A DNA stretch of 39,741 nucleotides, taken from Bdellovibrionales bacterium. GTDB taxonomy: Bacteria > Bdellovibrionota > UBA1018 > CAIMNF01. The notes beneath the pieces were generated by a model. It searched no databases, was not told where the DNA came from, and saw nothing but the letters and a program-made list of their open reading frames with translations. Both the position numbers and the translations under genes were made by a program. The stretch is taken from the NCBI GenBank assembly GCA_040380025.1, contig JBEIJY010000023.1, positions 1-39,741 on the forward strand, given 5' to 3'. This document shows positions 1 to 8,840 of this stretch, one piece after another (position 1 is the first letter of the stretch; the number at the start of each line of letters is the position of its first letter).

Positions 1-51
1 AAGAAGGGAAGGGCTTAAATGGCAATTGGGATTCGGGCAGCATCGTTTCAT
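1..51 (-). CDS. 5' fragment of a gene running off the left edge (MKRCCPNPNCHLSPSLL...), CPxxxC zinc-ribbon-like start
   Basis: ATG at 51-49 is open to position 1 and lies 12 nt downstream of a GG-N10-GC motif. Only 17 codons are visible. Confidence 0.35.
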   Translation of the reverse strand, partial: MKRCCPNPNCHLSPSLL

Positions 52-62
52 GCCTGTTCTAA

Positions 63-79
63 AGCACGAAAAATGCCAA
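63..79 (-). promoter_or_regulatory. Putative sigma54 (-24/-12) promoter
   Basis: Minus strand reads TTGGCATTTTTCGTGCT, with GG at 77-76, exactly 10 nt, then GC at 65-64. Matches the TGGCA-N-TGC consensus. Confidence 0.5.
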
Positions 80-142
80 TCATATCAGCCACGAAAAAAT
101 TTTTGGCCGTCAGGAAAGCGCAGGCTCGGGGGGCAGTTTGGT

Positions 143-3100
143 TTATTTTATAAGGTTACTCATGAGTGTTCGATACGCCTCACCCACCTCATTGATCGCC
201 TTGTAAGTCCCGACCGGAAGGCGCGTACCGAGGTCACCCGGCCACCCCGTTCTCCGGAGAGCATCGCTGTATCCGGATTGAAACGTCTCAAAGAACAAGG
301 GCGCGCAACCCTGAGTATTGAAGTGTCTCGTGAAGAATTCCGCGCCCCATTCACTTTGCAGGCTAATGTCCGGGGTGCCCAGAGTTCTTTTTTGTTTAAT
401 TAAAATCTCATTTTGAAACCCCGCGAGGTCCTGCTCCAAAAACGAAAGATACTTCAGCCTGTTCTCGAGGAGTAGGAGGTACTCGTTCTTCACCACGATC
501 AAGGCAAAGAGATCATTCTGCCTTGCAGAGCCTGTACTGACGGAAGTTTGAAATTTCGCAAGGTCGAGGCCATAGGCCTTCTTCCAAATTTGAGGCCAGG
601 ATTCCGGAGGCAATTTGTTGATGTCCGCAAGGATCTCCTTGTATTTGCCATGATTCGCCAACTGATTCACGACCAGGTCGACGTTTATTCCTGTCGGCGC
701 GTTAGGAGGTGTGACCGCTCTGTCCAAGTCGTTCCCGTAGGATAACAAGGCTTCGATCTCGCTGGTAAGGCGTCGCGTCTCGCCGAGCAAAATTTCCTTG
801 GTCTGCGGGATGATCTCTGTACCAAGTTTAAACCAAGGAAATGCATTCGCGGTCGCCCGTGCCGTCAAATCCACGATCTCCTTTTCGCCGACCCCTGGGT
901 TGAACACAGGAGTTTTAAGATCAAAAACATTTTCTGCAGCAGTTTTGAGCGGGCTTTTCAGATCCGCATGAGCCATGTCCACTGCCATGCCCACTGCCGG
1001 TTCGCCCCCGTGCAGGACCAGGGTCCTGAAGGCATCGCCCGCGGGATGCCGGATCAAGGTCGCCAACCGATGATAAATCGAATAAAAGACCGGAATATTC
1101 ACCGCGGTCGAGATGGCGAAGGTCGTTCGCGCTTCTTTGAGTTTGCCCGAAATCTCACGTACCGTCTCTGCCTCCGTGCCCCCTAAATGATATCCTAGAG
1201 CCGCCTCCTGAAGCTCTTTTGGAAGGTCGTACCGGGACGTCAGCATGATATTGATCCAATCCCAGACGAAGATTCCATCAAGATAAATCATGTACCACTT
1301 CGAAAACCCTCTGTTTCGAATCCAGTTGAAGAGTCCCTTTTGGGCCAATTGCCGCCCTCCCACTGTCCCCGCCGTGGCCAGGGCGTATCGGACCGCACCT
1401 GTCGTGGTGGTCCAAAATCGAAGTCCCTTGACCGCCGATGAGGCAACCGGTGCCAAATCAATCGTCGCAAGAATCGCCACGAGGTAAAGCGATTGATGAA
1501 TGCGGGGTTCAAGATAATCTTCCCTGATTTTTTCCTTCACGGTGCGGGTTGCCTTCTCAAGCTCTTTTTCCGCTTTAAAGAATGCACCTTCTGATCCATC
1601 TTCTCCCTCTTCGTCCAGGCCAATGGTCTTGTTCCGTGAGGAAGTCGAAAGACGAAAGAGCGTTTGAAAGGATTTTTGTCCCTCATTCAATCTCCAGGTG
1701 TCCGCGATCGATCCAGCGAGATTAATCTCCCTCAGGAAATCCTCATTGTCGAAATTTCTCGCGGGCAACAAAGACGCAATGCAGCCTTGACGAAGTTGTT
1801 CCGGCAACTCGGCCACTGCGGCCCGACTTGCGGCGCTGATTTTTTCCTTCGTCAATTCCGAATCCCAACCCTTGCCAGCAAATCGAAGGCCGTTCACCTG
1901 ATCAATCAGCTCATCAAGCAGGGTAATACTGATGTCATTGCCGAATCGATCAATGTTGATCTTTTCTTTTTTTACGAGATTCAGGACCGACTCAGTCTCA
2001 AGAGTGGTTTTCAGGATGATCTCATTCAGGATTTTGTGATCAAGAACCGTCTGGATCAGGCGGGAGGCAATGGTGTTGGCGTCGGGGTCGACGCTTTTCA
2101 GATAATTGAGCCGCCCCGTGAAGGACGTCACCTTCCAGATCGCATACGGTTCATTTTGGTTGATCTCTTCCGATAAACTGTAAGTGTTCAGTATTCTTGT
2201 GTTCGTAGGAACCCAATCGCTGAGACCAAGAAGCGCAAGCGATTCCATAAAATAACAGCGCGATTGAGCTGGGTTTTCCGCACCAGCCGGTAAATCGTCC
2301 CAAGAGGGATCTTCGAAATAAGTGCTCAGGACCTCTCGGATGGTGTCGGGCAAATCTGTCGCCACATTTTCCGGATTTTTATTTTTTTTACGCTTTTCCG
2401 TGAACGTCTCCGAGATTTTCTCGAAAAACTTCACCAAAAGAACCCGCGAATTTCGGTCTCCCAGGATCTTGAGGGCGAGGTTCCTGAGCTCGCTTGGAAA
2501 CGGAGAGCCTGCGAATGCAGCGATTTTTTTCTCGTACATCAGCAAGAGCTGGGCGGGGTAGTTCGGTCCTGCGGATTTGGAGTAGTACGGGATCATCGCC
2601 AGCTGATCATTCCGTGAATCATACACGGCTTTTCTCAAGGGCTCGTCCACGGCGTTGTTCTGGAACCATGTCTTGAAATTCGGCCAAACCCGGTTGTTTG
2701 AAAACTGGTCCACAATCACCTGAAAAACGGTCGACCCGGTCTGGAAGTCCGAGTAATTCACAGGAAGCAAGATTTTGTCTTTCGTCCAGGTATCCTCATT
2801 TTTCTGATACCGATCGTAAAGTTTCCGGAGAATCAACTTCGATTTCGCCGCCGCTTCAACCGTGGGTTGTAGAGATTCCTGAAGCGCATCCAAGCTCGTT
2901 TCTCGTCGCATTCTCAGGCTGAGAGGAATGCCTTCCTGCAATGCCTTTTCGATTTGCGGTTGCATCCTGTTGATCCAACCGGATTTTTTAGTCCCCAGGA
3001 GTGTTTGTGCAAGGCCGGTTGCCTTTTTGACGAATTCAGCCCTGCCTTGTGCCCATACATTTGTCGATCCGTTTGGAGAAAGTGGATCCGACAATTCAAC

Positions 3101-4378
3101 AATGTACTCTTTATGATTTTCCCCGTTCTCAATGAGCAATGCCGCAAGGAACTCGATTTCATACAGATAGGCGTTTTCGGCGATTCTCCTCGCAACTTTC
3201 TTCAAATCCCAATCATCTGAGGGGTAGTGGGCGAGTGTGAACAGGCCATTGGTTTTCTTGGTTTCGTTCCAGAACTTGTTCCTGGAGTTCGTGAAATTCT
3301 TCGGAATCGATTGGTTGTAAAGCGTATCCATGGCTGTTTGCCGATCCGAATAAAGAGACACAAGAATGCCGTAGAGGTAGGATTGTTCAAAAAATCTCCG
3401 AGTCAGGCCCCCCGCGTCCCTTCCGTCGGCGATCGGGTTTTGTCTCACCGGGGTTAAAATCCGAGAAATGAGCGGTTGTTGGTCGGCCCCCATGGTTTTT
3501 CGATCCAGCATGATTTTGTAGGCCTGGTAGGCCTCATGTTTCGATCGAAAATCAAAAAAAGACTTGAAATGCGAGTTCGGGGTCGCCCGAAGACTGATGG
3601 TGTGTTGACCGCAGTCGAAAGGCATTGCGGGCGAGGGGGCATTTGTTTCATTTGTCAAAGCGGAGAGGTTGTAGAGCTGGCTTGCGCGTTGGTACAAGGT
3701 TTGCGCGATCACGAGCTTCGAATACAGCGATCTGACCATCTTCTTGTCTTGTCGATGGAGTTGTTTCAACGAAAGAAGCGCAAATCCTTCGAGGCTGAAC
3801 CAGTCATGAGGAGTGAGTCCCAATTCCACCCGATCAAAAACTCCTGTTCCGGGCTCCAATTCCCGATGCCAAAGGTTCGATCGAAGATCATCAGTCGAGA
3901 GGTCGAACATGATTCCATCCCCGACCTCCACCGGGACCACAAGGTTCAAATTTTCATACTTGTTTGGCAAGAACTCTGAAGGAATCACGGTTTCAATGTG
4001 CGTTGAGTGCAACGATGCGAAGTAGTTCTGATGGAGGTACTTCAGTAAATCCAAATACCGGCGGGCGACATCAATCTGGATCTCTGGCTTCTTCTTGCCA
4101 ATCTGAGTTTCGATTGTTTCTTTCAACTTTCCTAACGATGCAATGAACTCTTGGACTTCTTGCGAAGAGAAATCGTGTACTCTCAGTTCGGGCGCATTCG
4201 GATCATTCCGATCGATAAAAAGCGACTCGGCTTCTTTTTCGATTTTCTGAACCTCCGACACAAGCGGGTCCCCTTGGCTCCATACCGTCAGTCCGATCAT
4301 CATCAGCGCGAGCACGCTCGCCCCTGCCAGTAAAAAACGGAACCGGGACTTCAAGAATTGCAAAAGTAAGGGCTTCAT
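143..4378 (-). CDS. Large (1411 aa) exported or membrane-anchored hypothetical protein
   Basis: Long uninterrupted ORF with a basic N-terminus and hydrophobic segment (FLLAGASVLALMMIGLTVW). Further hydrophobic segments occur at about aa 960-1110. No family motif recognised. Confidence 0.85.
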   Translation of the reverse strand: MKPLLLQFLKSRFRFLLAGASVLALMMIGLTVWSQGDPLVSEVQKIEKEAESLFIDRNDPNAPELRVHDFSSQEVQEFIASLGKLKETIETQIGKKKPEIQIDVARRYLDLLKYLHQNYFASLHSTHIETVIPSEFLPNKYENLNLVVPVEVGDGIMFDLSTDDLRSNLWHRELEPGTGVFDRVELGLTPHDWFSLEGFALLSLKQLHRQDKKMVRSLYSKLVIAQTLYQRASQLYNLSALTNETNAPSPAMPFDCGQHTISLRATPNSHFKSFFDFRSKHEAYQAYKIMLDRKTMGADQQPLISRILTPVRQNPIADGRDAGGLTRRFFEQSYLYGILVSLYSDRQTAMDTLYNQSIPKNFTNSRNKFWNETKKTNGLFTLAHYPSDDWDLKKVARRIAENAYLYEIEFLAALLIENGENHKEYIVELSDPLSPNGSTNVWAQGRAEFVKKATGLAQTLLGTKKSGWINRMQPQIEKALQEGIPLSLRMRRETSLDALQESLQPTVEAAAKSKLILRKLYDRYQKNEDTWTKDKILLPVNYSDFQTGSTVFQVIVDQFSNNRVWPNFKTWFQNNAVDEPLRKAVYDSRNDQLAMIPYYSKSAGPNYPAQLLLMYEKKIAAFAGSPFPSELRNLALKILGDRNSRVLLVKFFEKISETFTEKRKKNKNPENVATDLPDTIREVLSTYFEDPSWDDLPAGAENPAQSRCYFMESLALLGLSDWVPTNTRILNTYSLSEEINQNEPYAIWKVTSFTGRLNYLKSVDPDANTIASRLIQTVLDHKILNEIILKTTLETESVLNLVKKEKINIDRFGNDISITLLDELIDQVNGLRFAGKGWDSELTKEKISAASRAAVAELPEQLRQGCIASLLPARNFDNEDFLREINLAGSIADTWRLNEGQKSFQTLFRLSTSSRNKTIGLDEEGEDGSEGAFFKAEKELEKATRTVKEKIREDYLEPRIHQSLYLVAILATIDLAPVASSAVKGLRFWTTTTGAVRYALATAGTVGGRQLAQKGLFNWIRNRGFSKWYMIYLDGIFVWDWINIMLTSRYDLPKELQEAALGYHLGGTEAETVREISGKLKEARTTFAISTAVNIPVFYSIYHRLATLIRHPAGDAFRTLVLHGGEPAVGMAVDMAHADLKSPLKTAAENVFDLKTPVFNPGVGEKEIVDLTARATANAFPWFKLGTEIIPQTKEILLGETRRLTSEIEALLSYGNDLDRAVTPPNAPTGINVDLVVNQLANHGKYKEILADINKLPPESWPQIWKKAYGLDLAKFQTSVSTGSARQNDLFALIVVKNEYLLLLENRLKYLSFLEQDLAGFQNEILIKQKRTLGTPDISLQSEWGAEFFTRHFNTQGCAPLFFETFQSGYSDALRRTGWPGDLGTRLPVGTYKAINEVGEAYRTLMSNLIK

Positions 4379-4612
4379 TGCGGCGCATAATATACGACTT
4401 TTATAGTCAAGTCACGGAGGAATTCTGCTCACGGTCTGGTCCTGACGCGAGCCTGACCGTTGATATCAATGAATAAGGTAGACTAAAAACAAAAAAAATT
4501 GAATAAGTCAGTTTTTGTTGAGGATCAAATTTCAGAGTTGTCGAATCGGTTAAATTTTGCGAACGTCGGGCCCCTAAGTGGAAACCAAAAACGTGGGAGT
4601 TTGAAGATTCAA

Positions 4613-5593
4613 ATGATGAAGAACAAGTTTCGTGGATTTTTTTCTTTGCTGACCTTGGGCCTGGTTCTTGGCGCCTGTACCTCGGCTCCGGTGGCAAAAC
4701 AATCGGCACTGAATGACAACGAGGGGCGTCTTGCCCGGCAAGCATCGTATCGAATCGCCGTCGATCGTTACATTGCTCAATATTTGATGAATGTTCCGAG
4801 ATTACTTGCTAACGAGATGAAAACCGCGGTCAGCAAACTAAGCGGTGAAGCCCAAACTGCGGCTCGCAATGCCGTTCTGGCCGAGGCGAAATCGGTATCG
4901 GGTCGGCAAATTTTGAGCTTGGATGATCTCATAAATCTCGACAATGAAGAAGCTCTGAAGTTATCGAATAAAATTTTGGAAAATCCCGCAAATTTCAAAT
5001 TTGCGCTGGGGACGTTCACTGCAGACAACCCTTGGGTTAAAGAGGTTACTCGCCTCTCCCAACCCGGAGCTTCGGTCAACGCCCGTGATATCGTTCGTGG
5101 AACTCAGCCGGCCACGGGCGCGGAGCTGACTGATGCAGAAACAGCGCTGGTCAATAGTGTTCTTTTTGAAAAAGGTGCTCTTACCCAAACAGAGCAAGTG
5201 AGGTCTCTGACCACACGCCTGCTGACGATCAATCGGGAACGACAGGTCATCAACGGTACGCTCTTCTTGGAGGCTCATGCCTGCAATCGCATGAACGGAC
5301 AGCTCCAGCTGGAGGCGGTGGAGAATCTCGCGCTCCTCGGAGAGATGGAAAACGCCGCTCTTAATGAGACGAAAGGAAAGGCCCAGTGCGCAGTGTCCCG
5401 TTCGGTCGGAACGGCCTTGGTGAAGTGGTACTCTAAGGCCTTGGGCGGAGCGGAAGCAACGAGCGAAGCTCTTGCGATGAAAGCATCCCAGCGCGCGATC
5501 GATCTTTGCAGTCAATGCAACATTGCGTGTCCGATTGTTCCGGTTGCTCAACAAATTCAAGCAAATAACGGAGCTCTCCCGTCCTGCCAGTGA
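4613..5593 (+). CDS. Hypothetical lipoprotein with Cys-rich C-terminus
   Basis: Start refined to ATG 4613 (or 4616). MMKNKFRGFFSLLTLGLVLGA-C is a signal peptide with lipobox LGAC. Six further Cys lie in the C-terminal third, and the gene ends in tandem TGA TGA. Confidence 0.85.
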   Translation: MMKNKFRGFFSLLTLGLVLGACTSAPVAKQSALNDNEGRLARQASYRIAVDRYIAQYLMNVPRLLANEMKTAVSKLSGEAQTAARNAVLAEAKSVSGRQILSLDDLINLDNEEALKLSNKILENPANFKFALGTFTADNPWVKEVTRLSQPGASVNARDIVRGTQPATGAELTDAETALVNSVLFEKGALTQTEQVRSLTTRLLTINRERQVINGTLFLEAHACNRMNGQLQLEAVENLALLGEMENAALNETKGKAQCAVSRSVGTALVKWYSKALGGAEATSEALAMKASQRAIDLCSQCNIACPIVPVAQQIQANNGALPSCQ

Positions 5594-5617
5594 TGAGCAG
5601 TCCGTTTGAAATGATTC

Positions 5618-5650
5618 AAGCCGGTTCTCCGATGGGGAACCGGCTTTTTT
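5618..5650 (+). terminator. Rho-independent terminator
   Basis: AAGCCGGTTCTCC-GAT-GGGGAACCGGCTT hairpin running into a T-tract, about 25 nt after the lipoprotein stop. Confidence 0.85.
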
Positions 5651-5690
5651 ATTGGGGTGGGGTTTCCATTTGATTTGGAATGATTTTGAG

Positions 5691-5777
5691 TGGTGGCTCC
5701 ATCCGGAGTCGAACCGGAACACCCGTAAGGATACACGATTTTGAATCGAGCGCGTCTACCAATTCCGCCACGGAGCC
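5691..5777 (-). tRNA. tRNA-Leu(CAA), 87 nt, encoded CCA
   Basis: Reverse complement GGCTCCGTGGCGGAATTGGTAGACGCGCTCGATTCAAAATCGTGTATCCTTACGGGTGTTCCGGTTCGACTCCGGATGGAGCCACCA. It has a 7-bp acceptor stem, D-loop GG, anticodon CAA, long variable arm, TTCGA T-loop and discriminator A. Confidence 0.97.
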
Positions 5778-5795
5778 ACAAAATCGAGAATCTAG

Positions 5796-5824
5796 AAGCT
5801 AGCAAACCACTCGGGGCATGGCAA
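5796..5824 (-). promoter_or_regulatory. Sigma70-type promoter for tRNA-Leu
   Basis: TTGCCA-17 nt-TAGCTT with an extended TG, 18 nt upstream of the tRNA 5' end. Confidence 0.65.
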
Positions 5825-5848
5825 TGCGAATTCAAAAGGGGGCAGTAT

Positions 5849-6853
5849 TTACTTCAGCCCGAACCGACCCGAACGACCGAGCCGGTAGGGGCTTCCAAGC
5901 ACAAGCGAGTGGTTCCGGCCTCCGTGCCCCGCCGGAACATCCGAGTATACCGGAATCCCGAGCCGCTCCCCGAACTCCCGAAAAATCAAACAAAGTCCCT
6001 CTTTCTCGCCAAAGGCCCGGCGAAGGGGCTTCAGCGCATCCTTCGGCGGCGAAGACAAAAACTCACCGGGTGATTCCCCGGCGGCAGGCCCCCGCGAAAG
6101 GCCGACCGGCACGCTGTCGCCGCAGTCGGTGAAGTCCCCGAGCACGATCCCCTTGCAACCCCGCAGTCCACCGGCCTGCTCGAGGTGGTGCATCATCCGG
6201 TGGATCCGTCCGAGATTCTCCTGAATCTCCTCCAAAAACAGAATCTTTCCGCGCGCCGACCCCTGATCGGGAGTCCCAAGAAGCGCGCACCACACGGCAA
6301 GGTTGCCTCCGACGAGCGGGGCGCTCACTTCGCGAAACCCTTTCGGCGCATACACCTGCTTCAGGCGAAACGACGTTGCGCGCGCTTTGGTGCGGCCCCC
6401 AGGCGCGCGAATCAAATTCAAAAGCGGATCCCACTCCTCGGGCGGCAAAACCGGGAACACCCGCATGGCGGGCATGGGACCATGAATGGTCCTCCAGCCC
6501 AGGTTCACGCGGTACCACTCCAAGAGCGAGGTGATGTCGCTGAATCCGATCAGGGTCTTCGGTTTCAGGCGTTTTTTTCGAAGCGAGCTCTTCCAGCGTC
6601 GAAGATGCGGAAGCAAATGGGTCGCGCCGTACCCCCCGCGCGCGCACCAAATCACATCAAGATCCTCCCGCGCCGAAAATTCAAGGAGCGCCCGGGCCCG
6701 CATCTCTTCGCTCGCCGGGTATAAAAAGCTCTCTCCCGTCACGAGCGGATGCACCTCAACCCCAAATCCCAGCGCACGAAGATGCGCGACTCCCGCCTCG
6801 AGTTCCAGCTGGGGTACGACCGACGAGGTGGCAACGATTCCTACCCGGATCAT
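5849..6853 (-). CDS. ldcA: LD-carboxypeptidase (peptidase S66 family)
   Basis: ARGGYG, GFSD (catalytic Ser), HGPM, GGNL, LFLEE (Glu) and AGHG (His) motifs. ATGA overlap with engB. Confidence 0.9.
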   Translation of the reverse strand: MIRVGIVATSSVVPQLELEAGVAHLRALGFGVEVHPLVTGESFLYPASEEMRARALLEFSAREDLDVIWCARGGYGATHLLPHLRRWKSSLRKKRLKPKTLIGFSDITSLLEWYRVNLGWRTIHGPMPAMRVFPVLPPEEWDPLLNLIRAPGGRTKARATSFRLKQVYAPKGFREVSAPLVGGNLAVWCALLGTPDQGSARGKILFLEEIQENLGRIHRMMHHLEQAGGLRGCKGIVLGDFTDCGDSVPVGLSRGPAAGESPGEFLSSPPKDALKPLRRAFGEKEGLCLIFREFGERLGIPVYSDVPAGHGGRNHSLVLGSPYRLGRSGRFGLK

Positions 6854-7449
6854 GCGATCTGCTCCCGGAGGCGCTCGAGCGCGCGCTTGTCCTTGACCGA
6901 AACCCAGGTCAGGTGCTCCTCCTCGATTCCGTAGGGAGCGAGCAGTCCTAGCACTTCTGTCTTTCGCTTTGCCCGTTCGGACTGGCTCTTCAGCTGGTCC
7001 GACTTGGTGAAGATGATCTGGATCGGAACGCGCTTCTCGGCAAAAAACTCGAGTGCCTCCAAATCCTGATCGGTCGGTCCGTGGCGGCTGTCAAACAGCA
7101 GGAGCACGCCTTCAAGCCGCGGATCGGCACCGAAATACGCATTCATGAGTTGCGACCACGAGTTCTTCTCGGCACGGGCGACTTTTGCGAAGCCGTATCC
7201 GGGCAGATCGACCACGATCGTGCTTTGCGCGGGCCACAGAAAAAAATGAATCGCCTTGGTTTTGCCGGGGGTCGAAGAGACGCGGGCAATCCTTTGTCCG
7301 AGCAGGGCGTTGATGAGCGAGCTTTTTCCGACATTCGATCTTCCGACAAAGGCGATCCGGCGTTCGGCGCGGCCTTTCAGGAATCCGCCCCGAAAAAGTG
7401 TGGGGATCTGACCAACATCCGCCAGGGTGATGAGATATTCTGATGCCAT
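6850..7449 (-). CDS. engB: Ribosome biogenesis GTPase YihA/YsxC
   Basis: GRSNVGKSSLIN (G1), TPGKT (G2), DLPGYG (G3), TKSD (G4). Confidence 0.95.
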   Translation of the reverse strand: MASEYLITLADVGQIPTLFRGGFLKGRAERRIAFVGRSNVGKSSLINALLGQRIARVSSTPGKTKAIHFFLWPAQSTIVVDLPGYGFAKVARAEKNSWSQLMNAYFGADPRLEGVLLLFDSRHGPTDQDLEALEFFAEKRVPIQIIFTKSDQLKSQSERAKRKTEVLGLLAPYGIEEEHLTWVSVKDKRALERLREQIA

Positions 7450-7455
7450 TCCACC

Positions 7456-7464
7456 ACACTAGCA
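7456..7464 (-). promoter_or_regulatory. Extended -10 promoter, leaderless geometry for engB
   Basis: TG-C-TAGTGT followed by 6 nt and then the ATG. Confidence 0.5.
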
Positions 7465-7507
7465 CAACTGGACAGGCCTTGAATCCCCCGAATTCGAGCC
7501 GGGCTCA

Positions 7508-7524
7508 AGGCACAGGTTTTGCTT
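7508..7524 (+). promoter_or_regulatory. Putative sigma54 (-24/-12) promoter
   Basis: AGGCACAGGTTTTGCTT, with GG at 7509-10, 10 nt, then GC at 7521-22. Close match to TGGCAC-N5-TTGCW. Confidence 0.65.
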
Positions 7525-7535
7525 CTTATCAAAGC

Positions 7536-8840
7536 ATGATGAAACCCCTGTATCTCCAGCTTCGCGATCCGGGCGGGCACCCCCGGACGCTCCGGTGGCC
7601 TGACGGCCCCGTGGTTCTCGGCTCCGATCCCGACGATCGCCAGCAACTGCGCGATCCGAAAATCGAGGCCTCGGCGCTCAAGATCGAGCGGCACCCGAAT
7701 CGCGGTTGGGTGATGATCGCCCTTCAGCCCGATCTGCTGATCCGCGTAGGGGACTTCAAGGTGCAGGCGCTCGATCTTCCGTTTCATATTCCCATTTTTG
7801 TGGGCGATACCGAATTCGTGTTCAGCGAGGGGGTGGTGCGTCCGCCCGAGCTGGAGTTTCCGCCGGGCGAGCGCGCCTGGTTGACTGCAACCGAAAACGG
7901 CCTTCAGATGCTCGCAGGACTCCGAAAATCCTCGCAGAGCCGGCTCTCAATTTACCTGAACGGCGAGACCGGCACCGGCAAGGAAGTGCTCGCGAAGCTC
8001 GTTCACCTCTGGTCCGAGCGGGCGCCGGGGCCGTTTGTTCCGATCAATTGCGGCGCCTTCGCCCTCTCGCTTGCCGAGAGCGAGCTGTTCGGTCATGTGA
8101 AGGGCGCCTTCACCGGAGCCGTCCGCGATCGGCCGGGTGCCCTCCTCCAGGCGCACGGCGGGACGCTTTTTTTGGACGAGGTGGGGGATCTCCCGCCCGA
8201 GCTTCAGGTGAAGCTCCTCCGGTTTCTCGAAAGCGGCGAGATCCGGCCCGTGGGTTCCGATCGCATCCTTCATGCCGATGTGCGGGTCGTCTGCGCGACC
8301 CACAAGCCGATCCTGAGCCTCGTCCGGGAGGGACGCTTCCGTCAGGACTTGTATTATCGTCTGGCGTCCATTCCGGTCCAGATTCCGCCGCTTCGCACAC
8401 GGCCGGCCGACATCCGGCTCCTCGCGACACGCTTCGCCTCCGAGTTCGAAAAAAGCCTGACCCAAGAGGCGATCACCCGCCTGCAGGTGAATCCCTGGCC
8501 CGGCAATGTCCGCGAGCTCCGGCATGCCGTCGAGCGCGCCTGCGGGTCGGTGGGGCCGCTGGAGCGGGTGATCCACGCCGGGGATTTCGATTTTTTGGGT
8601 GATTCGGGCACTGAGGCTTCGATGTCGGCAGACGCATTCCCGGGTGTGACCAGTTTACGAGAGATGGAAAAAGTCCTTCTTTTGCGGGCGCTGAAGCGCG
8701 CCGACGGGAATCGCAGTGATGCGGCCCGGATTCTGGGAATCGCGCGGAGCACGCTGTTTGAGATGATGAAGCGTCACGAGATCGTCGGGCCGCGATCGAG
8801 TGATCACTGGATCAGTCACCTGAGCCGCGAGAGCTCGTGA
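7536..8840 (+). CDS. Sigma54-dependent transcriptional activator (bEBP) with FHA-like N-terminus and Fis HTH
   Basis: GETGTGKE (Walker A), ESELFGHVKGAFTGA, LFLDE (Walker B), FRQDLYYRL, WPGNVREL and C-terminal GNRSDAARILGIARSTL. No receiver domain. Start refined to ATG 7536/7539 because the longer ORF overlaps engB and its promoter. Confidence 0.92.
   Translation: MMKPLYLQLRDPGGHPRTLRWPDGPVVLGSDPDDRQQLRDPKIEASALKIERHPNRGWVMIALQPDLLIRVGDFKVQALDLPFHIPIFVGDTEFVFSEGVVRPPELEFPPGERAWLTATENGLQMLAGLRKSSQSRLSIYLNGETGTGKEVLAKLVHLWSERAPGPFVPINCGAFALSLAESELFGHVKGAFTGAVRDRPGALLQAHGGTLFLDEVGDLPPELQVKLLRFLESGEIRPVGSDRILHADVRVVCATHKPILSLVREGRFRQDLYYRLASIPVQIPPLRTRPADIRLLATRFASEFEKSLTQEAITRLQVNPWPGNVRELRHAVERACGSVGPLERVIHAGDFDFLGDSGTEASMSADAFPGVTSLREMEKVLLLRALKRADGNRSDAARILGIARSTLFEMMKRHEIVGPRSSDHWISHLSRESS

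Noticed and set aside
5557..6132. Short ORFs overlapping the tRNA and ldcA end
   Set aside because: They overlap a clear tRNA, its promoter and a terminator, and carry no protein motifs.
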